A stretch of DNA of 52,027 bases from Planctomycetota bacterium (GCA_029259895.1 JAJDEG010000123.1:1-52027), one strand, 5' to 3'. Counted from the first letter of the stretch, positions 31,340-37,259 are shown. Numbers and translations: made by a program. The notes: generated by a model not told the origin, from the sequence alone.

Positions 31340-31721
31340 CAAAAAATGCCCGCGGGCGATGAATCGTGTTCGCCGGTCGCGCGAGTTCGTGCGGAGTGCG
31401 GTTGAGCATCGCGGCGACTGGTGGTCGAGCGGCTTGGCGGCGAGCGTTGCAAGAAGCAATTGCTTCCCGCGCAACTCGGCGCTTGGCCGACTTTTCCGGC
31501 AGTGCAGCGACGCGGTATCCGCGCACTTCAGGGCACTACGCTCGTGCTGCCGTTGGCGAACGCGCACAACGCCTCGACGCAACGCACGCGCCAGTTCACA
31601 ACTGGCACGGCGTCGGTTTCGTCGTTCGCACGCGCCGCCGCCGGCTGACCTGCAAATCGTTCATCGCCGTTGGGCGACGGTTCGTGCTTTTGGGGCACGT
31701 GGAGCCGATGGTTCGCATCGG
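31340..31721 (-). ncRNA. Candidate structured RNA between the tRNA-like element and slipin
   Basis: Dense hairpins (GCCGATG/CATCGGC, CGTGC/GCACG, GCCAGTT/AACTGGC, TCGGC/GCCGA), a long-range GGCGATGAA/TTCATCGCC pair and no convincing ORF. Confidence 0.4.
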
Positions 31722-31794
31722 CGAGTGGTGCGGGATTCGAACCCACTACAGCCAGATTCATGGTCTGGTGCTCTATCCACTGAGCTAACCACAG
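31722..31794 (-). ncRNA. tRNA-like element (Arg-ACG-like body, loop CC-ATG-AA, 5-bp acceptor stem)
   Basis: GTGGT TAGCTCAGTGGATAGAGCA CCAGA CCATGAA TCTGG CTGTA GTGGG TTCGAAT CCCGC ACCAC. Confidence 0.7.
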
Positions 31795-31949
31795 GGGGTG
31801 CATCGCGGCCTTCGTCATATTCCACTCGCGGAACACGAATCGCTAACCGTCCGTAGATCGGAGCGACGCGCGCCGCTGGCCCAGCCGCGAAATACCTTGC
31901 TTGAAAATCGTTGCGTGATGTCGGCACGTTAGCACCGCACCACGCAAAA

Positions 31950-32021
31950 AGACGCCGGTGGGAGTCGAACCCACTTTGAACCGCTTTGCAGGCGGTCGCC
32001 TCGCCGTCTGGCTCCAGCGTC
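31950..32021 (-). tRNA. tRNA-Cys(GCA)
   Basis: GACGCTG/CGGCGTC acceptor, ACCGC-CTGCAAA-GCGGT, GGTTCGACTCC, U73. Confidence 0.9.
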
Positions 32022-32095
32022 GTGACCTCGCTCGCCGTTACCGGTGAGCGAGGATAGCTTTCATTCTCTAAAAGTAGTGGTCGCGATTGACGCCA

Positions 32096-32263
32096 TCAAA
32101 AACGGCCTGCCTTCATGCAGCACTTCTTGAATCGCTTGCCGCTGCCGCACGGACACATGTCGTTTCGGCCGAGCTTTTCTTCGAGTTGCTTGTCGCCATG
32201 TACGATTCGCACGCCGCGCTTGACGTGCGTTTCGGATGGGAGGCCCTTACGCCGTTTACTCAT
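32096..32263 (-). CDS. Small SEC-C metal-binding motif protein (core frame; possibly extended at both ends by +1 frameshifts)
   Basis: MSKRRKG...[21 protein letters not shown]. Confidence 0.85.
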   Translation of the reverse strand: MSKRRKGLPSETHVKRGVRIVHGDKQLEEKLGRNDMCPCGSGKRFKKCCMKAGRF

Positions 32264-32306
32264 CGTCTCGAAAGCAGGACTGATCTTCTTGTTCGACCTC
32301 GCACAT
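32256..32306 (-). CDS. 16-aa upstream ORF ([16 protein letters not shown]) overlapping the SEC-C start
   Basis: GGAGGT 5 nt before the ATG; its stop overlaps the SEC-C ATG (ATG-AG-TAA); contains TTT-CGA. Confidence 0.55.
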   Translation of the reverse strand: MCEVEQEDQSCFRDDE

Positions 32307-32350
32307 GGCACACCTCCATCGTGGAAAACCTCGTTGCTTCCAACAATCAG

Positions 32351-32424
32351 CGTCCTCGCCAGGAGTCGAACCTGGCCCTCGACCTTCGCAGGGTCGCGTG
32401 CAACATCCGGCACACCCCGAGGAC
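32351..32424 (-). tRNA. tRNA-Arg(GCG)
   Basis: GTCCTCG/CGAGGAC, CGACC-CTGCGAA-GGTCG, CCAGG-TTCGACT-CCTGG. Confidence 0.85.
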
Positions 32425-32514
32425 TTGAACAGGGGTTGGGGGTCGGGGACTAGGGGCTGGGAAAACGCGACAACGTTCTATGCCCTCCCGCCTCTGGCCT
32501 CCGGCCTGCTCGAG

Positions 32515-32585
32515 CGCCTCGCCGAGGAGTCGAACCTCGTCTTGCAGTTTCGAAGACTGCCGTGCGTCCATCACACTCGCAAGGC
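32515..32585 (-). tRNA. tRNA-Arg(TCG)
   Basis: GCCTTGC/GCGAGGC, GCAGT-CTTCGAA-ACTGC, CGAGG-TTCGACT-CCTCG. Confidence 0.85.
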
Positions 32586-32975
32586 CGACCACCGTTGCCG
32601 CGGGCATCGCCGTCGACGACGAGCAACTGCGGCGACTTGATGCTCGTCGACGTAGACAATCCTTCCCGGCTCGTAGGTTCGCTGCATTTGAACGGGCACA
32701 CCGGCGTCGCGCACCGCGGCGACTAGCTCCCACATCGTCGCGATCATCCGCCGCGAACCGCAGCGAAACCAGAACAGCGCTCGCCAACCGTGGCCGCCGA
32801 GATCCGGCATGTGCAGATGTTCGCCGAACCAGTCAAGCGTCTCGCCAATCCAATCGCGCAGGACTTCGTCGACGTGCGCGGACGTTTCGACTTGTCCCGC
32901 CGCCGCGAATATTCCCAGTGGCCGCGCCGTGTTTTCGCACCGCAGCGGCGTTTGAAATCGCAAGTAAGTTTCCAT
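32571..32975 (-). CDS. Hypothetical protein within the tRNA array
   Basis: METYLRF...LDWFGEHL..P...ALFWFR...MWELVAAVRDAGVPV....PGRIVYVDEHQVAAV looks protein-like. The stop falls inside tRNA-Arg(TCG). Confidence 0.65.
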   Translation of the reverse strand: METYLRFQTPLRCENTARPLGIFAAAGQVETSAHVDEVLRDWIGETLDWFGEHLHMPDLGGHGWRALFWFRCGSRRMIATMWELVAAVRDAGVPVQMQRTYEPGRIVYVDEHQVAAVARRRRRCPRQRWSALRV

Positions 32976-33052
32976 CGCATTGGCTTTCGCACTGGCTTTC
33001 GCATTGTCGCGCTTCGCTTCATGACCGAAATGTCGTTGATTCAATTAGACAA

Positions 33053-33141
33053 AGCCGACGACTGGATTCGCACCAGCATGAGCCGCCGTCTTTCCGTGTT
33101 GCCGTCAAGACCGGCGGTTTTCTACGTCGAGCCACGTCGGC
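33053..33141 (-). ncRNA. tRNA-like element with an extended anticodon arm and no canonical anticodon loop
   Basis: Perfect GCCGACG/CGTCGGC acceptor; GCTGG-TGCGAAT-CCAGT T-arm; CCGCC(G)GTCTT/AAGACGGCGG arm with a 14-nt loop. Confidence 0.6.
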
Positions 33142-33144
33142 AAG

Positions 33145-33215
33145 CACGAGCGCGAGGATTCGAACCCCGTGCGCCGGCTTTGGAGACCGGCTGCTCTCCC
33201 AGGAGCACACTCGTG
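33145..33215 (-). tRNA. tRNA-Trp(CCA)
   Basis: ACGAGTG/CGCTCGT, CCGGT-CTCCAAA-GCCGG, GGTTCGAATCC, G73; short D loop. Confidence 0.8.
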
Positions 33216-33256
33216 TTTCGCTCAACGACAGCCAGCCGCCGGGCGACGCTTCTACA

Positions 33257-33850
33257 TTACGATTGCAGCGGAACATTCCAGTACGTTTCGCTGACGAACT
33301 TCGACCAGCTTTCACTCGCCACGTCGTGCCGGGCGTATAGGGGCTTCCATGTCGGCCGCACCGGCGGCTTGCGCAGCTTCATGCCGGCCTCGCGCGGCGT
33401 GCGGTCGGCCTTGCGGTGGTTGCACGCGATGCACGCCAGCACGCAGTTCGTCCACGACGACGCGCCGCCTTTCGCACGCGGTGTAACGTGGTCGATGGTC
33501 AACTCGCCGCCGCCGGGCTGAGCGCCGCAGTATTGGCAGGTCCAGTGGTCCCGCTTGAATACGTTGCGCCGGCTGAAGCTGACCGCCGCGTCGGGCAACC
33601 GGTCGTACTCGGCCAGCACAATCACCTCCGGCACGCGCAGCCGTCGCCGCACCGCGCGGATGAACGCATCGCCGTCGCGCGGCGCGATCCGCGACCAATC
33701 GGCCCAGGTGTAAAGCTGGTAAGTCTCCGGATCGACCACCCGCGCCGCCTCGTTCCACACCAGCACCAGCGCCCGGGCGACAGTCGCTACGTTCACCGGC
33801 TGCCAGTTGCGGTTGAGGATCAGCGCCGGGCGCTGTAGTGTACGAGTCAT
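33257..33850 (-). CDS. HNH endonuclease (McrA-like)
   Basis: LILNRNWQPV, FSRRNVFKRDHWTCQYCG, LTIDHVTPRAKGG.SSWTNCVLAC..CN.RKADRTP motifs; ATG at 33850. Confidence 0.93.
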   Translation of the reverse strand: MTRTLQRPALILNRNWQPVNVATVARALVLVWNEAARVVDPETYQLYTWADWSRIAPRDGDAFIRAVRRRLRVPEVIVLAEYDRLPDAAVSFSRRNVFKRDHWTCQYCGAQPGGGELTIDHVTPRAKGGASSWTNCVLACIACNHRKADRTPREAGMKLRKPPVRPTWKPLYARHDVASESWSKFVSETYWNVPLQS

Positions 33851-33879
33851 GGTTCTTGATCCAACTTGGAGTCGCGATT

Positions 33880-34281
33880 GTGGTTGAAGAGCGAAAAGTT
33901 GACGTTTTTTGGACGGTCCGCAAGGGTCAGCGTCATTCAATTTCGTTGACGGAAAACGAAGCCTGGAAGTATCTTGAATTGCGTGCTTATTTCGGCGAGG
34001 AACCGAACGGATGGTCAGTCGATAAAACACGTGAAGTGGTCCCCGTTGTTTACGGAGAGATCGTTGAAGGCGAGGGAACAATGGTGGAGTTGGATGATGA
34101 CGGCAATGAAACGGTTTGTCGGGCGTACATTGCGTTAAGCGTATTCTGGAACTGCCCACACTGCGGCGAACGGCACAATGTCAGCCTCTACGATAACCCT
34201 ATCGAACAAACGGCCGAGGCATCGAATCCGTCGATCTGGGTTTGTGAACGGGGCGAAGGGCATTCGATTGTTCATTGGTAG
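33880..34281 (+). CDS. Hypothetical protein with a CPHC motif, antisense to the array
   Basis: GGAG then GTG at 33880; acidic 133-aa ORF with visibly lower GC than its neighbours. Confidence 0.55.
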   Translation: MVEERKVDVFWTVRKGQRHSISLTENEAWKYLELRAYFGEEPNGWSVDKTREVVPVVYGEIVEGEGTMVELDDDGNETVCRAYIALSVFWNCPHCGERHNVSLYDNPIEQTAEASNPSIWVCERGEGHSIVHW

Positions 34282-34332
34282 CCGTTGGATTGCGACGCGC
34301 GCATCCGACGGCGTTCCAATCTGAACATTGAG

Positions 34333-34407
34333 GGTATCTGACCGGACTCGAACCGGTACCTCTTGGTTCACAGCCAAGTGTGCAGAAACCGCTACACCAC
34401 AGACACC
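34333..34407 (-). tRNA. tRNA-His(GTG)
   Basis: G-1:C73, GTGTCTG/CAGATAC, CTTGG-CTGTGAA-CCAAG. Confidence 0.9.
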
Positions 34408-34412
34408 ACATC

Positions 34413-34491
34413 AGGCTATAGGCTGTAGGCTGTAGGTCAGAGAAGGCGTGCGTCTGCAACCTAAAATCCTACGGCCTACAGCCTCCGGCCT
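34413..34491. repeat. Heptamer inverted-repeat spacer (AGGCTGT/ACAGCCT)
   Basis: aggctat aggctgt aggctgt agg ... cctacgg cctacag cctccgg cct. Confidence 0.75.
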
Positions 34492-34499
34492 ATTCTCAG

Positions 34500-34586
34500 C
34501 GGAAAGCAAGGGAGTCGAACCCTCATCTCGACGAGCGAGAACCGCGTTAGCACCGCGGCCCGGCCAACCGTATCCGGCTACCTTCC
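34500..34586 (-). tRNA. tRNA-Ser(GCT)
   Basis: GGAAGGT/GCTTTCC, CCGCG-GTGCTAA-CGCGG, long variable arm, G73. Confidence 0.88.
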
Positions 34587-34596
34587 GAGTTCGGCC

Positions 34597-35020
34597 GTAG
34601 GGGTTTAGGCTTTAGGTATTTAGGGAATGAGTATGCGAGACCATACGAAACTTCGGGCGTTCGAATTGGCGGATCGGCTCGCAATCGCGGTCTACAGGTC
34701 CACGGCGACGTTTCCTCGTGAGGAGCAGTTCGGCCTCACTTCGCAAATGCGCCGCGCGGCGGTTTCTGTCCCTTCCAACATCGTTGAAGGATGTGCGAGA
34801 GACTCCAGATCGGACTATGTCCGGTTTCTGGGTATCGCGTTCGGTTCCCTTCGAGAGTTGGATTACCAAGCGTCGCTCGCTCATCGCCTCGGCTATCTTG
34901 CCGGTTACGAATCGCTCGCGGCGCTCATGACCGAAACGTCCAAAGTTCTCGCTGCGTTGATCCGCTCTCTTCGTTCTCCCAAAACCTAACTGCCTAAACT
35001 CCTACAGCCTAAACTCCTAC
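34597..35020. mobile_element. IVS-like cassette: four-helix-bundle gene flanked by inverted TTTAGG/CCTAAA repeats
   Basis: Left end GTAGGGGTTTAGGC versus right end GCCTAAACTCCTAC (13/14 inverted match), with further TTTAGG/CCTAA units inside. Confidence 0.6.
34627..34989 (+). CDS. Four helix bundle protein (23S rRNA intervening-sequence protein family)
   Basis: FPREEQFGLTSQMRRAAVSVPSNIVEG and RFLGIAFGSLREL motifs. The start may be 34633. Confidence 0.93.
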   Translation: MSMRDHTKLRAFELADRLAIAVYRSTATFPREEQFGLTSQMRRAAVSVPSNIVEGCARDSRSDYVRFLGIAFGSLRELDYQASLAHRLGYLAGYESLAALMTETSKVLAALIRSLRSPKT

Positions 35021-35025
35021 CGCAG

Positions 35026-35096
35026 TGGACCGCCGGGGAGTCGAACCCCGATCCCCTGGTTGCAAGCCAGGTATCTTTCCGTTGGACGAGCAGCCC
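35026..35096 (-). tRNA. tRNA-Ala(TGC)
   Basis: G3:U70, CCTGG-CTTGCAA-CCAGG, A73. Confidence 0.9.
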
Positions 35097-35112
35097 GATT
35101 CTTCTGCTTCAA

Positions 35113-35183
35113 GGGTTCGTCCGGGAACTGAACCCGGCCTTCCGCCTTACCACGGCGGCGTGCAGCCGAAACACCTACAGACC
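35113..35183 (-). tRNA. tRNA-Thr(GGT), degenerate
   Basis: CCGCC-GTGGTAA-GGCGG; C:A mismatch in the acceptor stem; T loop TTCAGTT. Confidence 0.7.
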
Positions 35184-35193
35184 GTTCTTCGAG

Positions 35194-35266
35194 TGATCCC
35201 GGATGGAGTCGAACCATCGCTCTCCTGCTTGTCACGCAGGCGTCTTCGCCGTTGGACCACGGGATC
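35194..35266 (-). tRNA. tRNA-Val(GAC)
   Basis: GATCCCG/CGGGATC, CCTGC-GTGACAA-GCAGG, A73. Confidence 0.88.
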
Positions 35267-35275
35267 AGATACAAG

Positions 35276-35351
35276 TGACCGGAGTGGGCGTCGAACCCAC
35301 AAAATCACGAGGCTCTCGACCTCGTCGCTTTACCAGTTTGCGTACCCGGTC
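35276..35351 (-). tRNA. tRNA-Leu(GAG), short variable region, C33
   Basis: GACCGGG/TCCGGTC, CGAGG-TCGAGAG-CCTCG, variable region TGATTTT. Confidence 0.8.
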
Positions 35352-35443
35352 GGAACACGCCGGAGGCTGTAGACGGGAGGCCGGAGGAAAACTCGCAATT
35401 GCGTTCCTCAAGTCTCCGGCCTCAAGCCTCGCGTCTCTTCAAG

Positions 35444-35512
35444 TGGCAGGCTCGGGTGTCGCACCCGACGGTCCGGGCTTATGAGGCCCAGTTGAGCACT
35501 GGCTCGCCTGCG
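35444..35512 (-). tRNA. tRNA-Met(CAT)-like, non-canonical
   Basis: C1:C72 mismatch, GCAGGC/GCCTGC, TGGGC-CTCATAA-GCCCG, reduced D arm, T loop TGCGACA. Confidence 0.65.
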
Positions 35513-35516
35513 TCGT

Positions 35517-35620
35517 GGGAGGCTTGAGGGATGAGGCTTGAGGCGAGAGGAATGCAGTACAGCGTCTTCCTCAAGTCTCAAGTCTCAAGTCTCAAGCCTC
35601 ACGCCTCACGCCTCACGCCT
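35517..35620. repeat. Heptamer inverted-repeat spacer (GAGGCTT/AAGCCTC)
   Basis: gaggctt gagggat gaggctt gaggcga ... ctcaagt x3, ctcaagc, ctcacgc x3. Similar spacers at 32430-32508, 35361-35430, 35715-35807, 35886-35979 and 37515-37581. Confidence 0.8.
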
Positions 35621-35627
35621 TTTGCAG

Positions 35628-35714
35628 TGGGTCGTGAAGGAATTGAACCTCTCGTCGTCCACCTCACTTGTTTGCTGACAACGGCTTTACAGGCCGCCGT
35701 GAGGAACACGACCC
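35628..35714 (-). tRNA. tRNA-Tyr(GTA) lacking a D arm
   Basis: GGGTCGT/ACGACCC, GCGGC-CTGTAAA-GCCGT, long variable region, GG-TTCAATT-CC, A73. Confidence 0.7.
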
Positions 35715-35809
35715 GGAGGAGCTTTGAGTCCTGAGGTTTGAGGCGTGAGGGTTATAGAACCAACGGGCGATGCCTTCGGAACCTCAAGCCTCGTCCCTCA
35801 AGCCTCCAG

Positions 35810-35883
35810 TGGCACAGGCGGGAGTCGAACCCGCAGTCACCAAGGTTTGAGCTTGGCCGCTTTGCCGGTTTGCGTACCGTGCC
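35810..35883 (-). tRNA. tRNA-Leu(CAA), short variable loop
   Basis: GGCACGG/CTGTGCC, CCAAG-CTCAAAC-CTTGG, variable loop TGACT. Confidence 0.85.
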
Positions 35884-35981
35884 GTGGGAAGGCGCGAGGC
35901 TTGAGGCATGGGGCGTGAGGATCGTGCTGATTTCCATTTCCTCCTCAAGCCTCATCCCTCGAGCCTCAAGCCTACTCCCAG

Positions 35982-36056
35982 CGTCCCCGACGGGATTTGA
36001 ACCCGTGACCTCCACCGTGACAGGGTGGCGAGCACTCCAGGCTGCTCCACGAGGAC
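35982..36056 (-). tRNA. tRNA-Asp(GTC)
   Basis: GTCCTCG/CGGGGAC, CCACC-CTGTCAC-GGTGG, G73. Confidence 0.93.
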
Positions 36057-36071
36057 GATTCAATTTTGCAG

Positions 36072-36145
36072 TGGCTCAGGTGGGACTCGAACCCACAGCA
36101 TCTCTCGTTCTAAGCGAGAGTGGTCTGCCGATTGCCTACCGAGCC
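36072..36145 (-). tRNA. tRNA-Leu(TAG), short variable loop
   Basis: GGCTCGG/CTGAGCC, TCTCG-CTTAGAA-CGAGA. Confidence 0.85.
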
Positions 36146-36155
36146 GAAAGGTCAG

Positions 36156-36229
36156 TGCCCAGGGCCGGAGTCGAACCGGCAACCGCGTGGGTTTAAGCCG
36201 CGCCGCTCTACCGATTGGCGTACCTGGGC
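36156..36229 (-). tRNA. tRNA-Leu(TAA), short variable loop
   Basis: GCCCAGG/CCTGGGC, CGCGG-CTTAAAC-CCACG (one mismatch). Confidence 0.82.
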
Positions 36230-36232
36230 GAG

Positions 36233-36304
36233 TGGTCCCGGATGGACTCGAACCATCGTTTCCTGGGTGTAGGCCAGGAGTCGTTGCCGCTGGACCACGG
36301 GACT
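36233..36304 (-). tRNA. tRNA-Val(TAC), C33 and A1:C72
   Basis: CCTGG-CCTACAC-CCAGG, GATGG-TTCGAGT-CCATC. Confidence 0.8.
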
Positions 36305-36325
36305 GTTTGCATGATCGAGTCGAAG

Positions 36326-36400
36326 TTCCGGGGGTTGGAATCGAACCAACGGCTTTCTGATTCAGAGTCAGGCGTCACTACCAGCAGCAACTGCCCCGGA
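36326..36400 (-). tRNA. tRNA-Gln(CTG)
   Basis: TCCGGGG/CCCCGGA (U1-A72), CTGA-CTCTGAA-TCAG. Confidence 0.85.
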
Positions 36401-36436
36401 ATGCTGTTCGTGCTGACATGACTCGTCGCACGAAGG

Positions 36437-36507
36437 CTCGGGGAGATGGATTCGAACCACCACTGCCTGGTTCAAAGCCAGGCGGCCTGCCGTTAGCCGA
36501 TCCCCGA
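36437..36507 (-). tRNA. tRNA-Gln(TTG)
   Basis: TCGGGGA/TCCCCGA, CCTGG-CTTTGAA-CCAGG. Confidence 0.9.
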
Positions 36508-36517
36508 ATATCGTGAA

Positions 36518-36589
36518 AGTGCCCTGCGAGAGTCGAACTCGCCTGTCCAGCTTGGAAGGCTGGCGCCTCTGCCGCTCGGCCAAGGGCAC
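36518..36589 (-). tRNA. tRNA-Gly(TCC)
   Basis: GTGCCCT/AGGGCAC, CCAGC-CTTCCAA-GCTGG, U73. Confidence 0.88.
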
Positions 36590-36609
36590 GTCACTACGAA
36601 AGCTAGAGG

Positions 36610-36693
36610 CGGAAGGAGAGGGAGTCGAACCCTCAAGGCTCATCGCTCGACTGTTTTCGAAACAGTTGCCGTCGCCCATCGGCTTGCCCTTCC
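36610..36693 (-). tRNA. tRNA-Ser(CGA)
   Basis: GGAAGGG/TCCTTCC, ACTGT-TTCGAAA-ACAGT, long variable arm, G73. Confidence 0.9.
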
Positions 36694-36707
36694 GTATTCA
36701 TCAAAAG

Positions 36708-36782
36708 CTGCGGCGGCAGGAATCGAACCTGCGACTGGGCGCTTAACAGGCGCCTGCCGGTACCAGCACCGGCCCCACCGCA
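36708..36782 (-). tRNA. tRNA-Asn(GTT)
   Basis: TGCGGTG/CGCCGCA, GGCGC-CTGTTAA-GCGCC, G73. Confidence 0.88.
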
Positions 36783-36788
36783 ATCGAG

Positions 36789-36863
36789 TCGGCGTAGTTG
36801 GATTCGAACCAACGATCTCCTGCTCCCGAAGCAGGCGGATTTGCCAGGCTATCCCATACGCCG
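36789..36863 (-). tRNA. tRNA-Pro(CGG)
   Basis: CGGCGTA/TACGCCG, CCTGC-TTCGGGA-GCAGG, A73. Confidence 0.92.
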
Positions 36864-36871
36864 GTCGTCAA

Positions 36872-36942
36872 AGCGCCCAGCGGGAGTCGAACCCGCGCTT
36901 CCGCCTCGGCAAGGCAGCAGGCTGCCGCTACATCATGGGCGC
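36872..36942 (-). tRNA. tRNA-Gly(GCC)
   Basis: GCGCCCA/TGGGCGC, CTGCC-TTGCCGA-GGCGG, U73; weak D stem. Confidence 0.85.
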
Positions 36943-36973
36943 GCTTGGAGAAGTAAATTGTCAAAGAACTGAA

Positions 36974-37045
36974 AGCACTGGGCCGGACTCGAACCGGCGT
37001 TACCGCGTTACGAACGCGGAGTCCTTGCCTCTGGACGACCAGTGC
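36974..37045 (-). tRNA. tRNA-Thr(CGT)
   Basis: GCACTGG/CCAGTGC, CCGCG-TTCGTAA-CGCGG. Confidence 0.9.
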
Positions 37046-37076
37046 TTGCCAACGTCTTGTCGGTGTGACTTATCAG

Positions 37077-37149
37077 TGGGACCAGAAGGACTCGAACCTT
37101 CACCGACCTGGTTAAGAGCCAGGCATGCTGCCGCTAACACTTTGATCCC
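37077..37149 (-). tRNA. tRNA-Lys(CTT)
   Basis: GGGATCA/TGGTCCC, CCTGG-CTCTTAA-CCAGG. Confidence 0.9.
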
Positions 37150-37186
37150 GTTCAATCTCTGCTTGTCGTTTCCGCCTCTCGCGCGA

Positions 37187-37259
37187 TCGGCGCGGAAGGA
37201 GTCGAACCTTCGACCTGTGTCTTATAAGGACACGGCTCTCACCGCTGAGCTACGCGCCG
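37187..37259 (-). tRNA. tRNA-Ile(TAT)
   Basis: CGGCGCG/CGCGCCG, canonical D and T arms, GTGTC-CTTATAA-GACAC, A73. Confidence 0.9.

Noticed and set aside
31722-31794. Functional tRNA-His(ATG)
   Set aside because: Only 5 acceptor pairs, C33 and no G-1:C73; the body resembles tRNA-Arg(ACG). Kept as tRNA-like only.
34627-34989. Diversity-generating retroelement (Avd-like gene)
   Set aside because: No reverse transcriptase or TR/VR repeat pair was found in the window.
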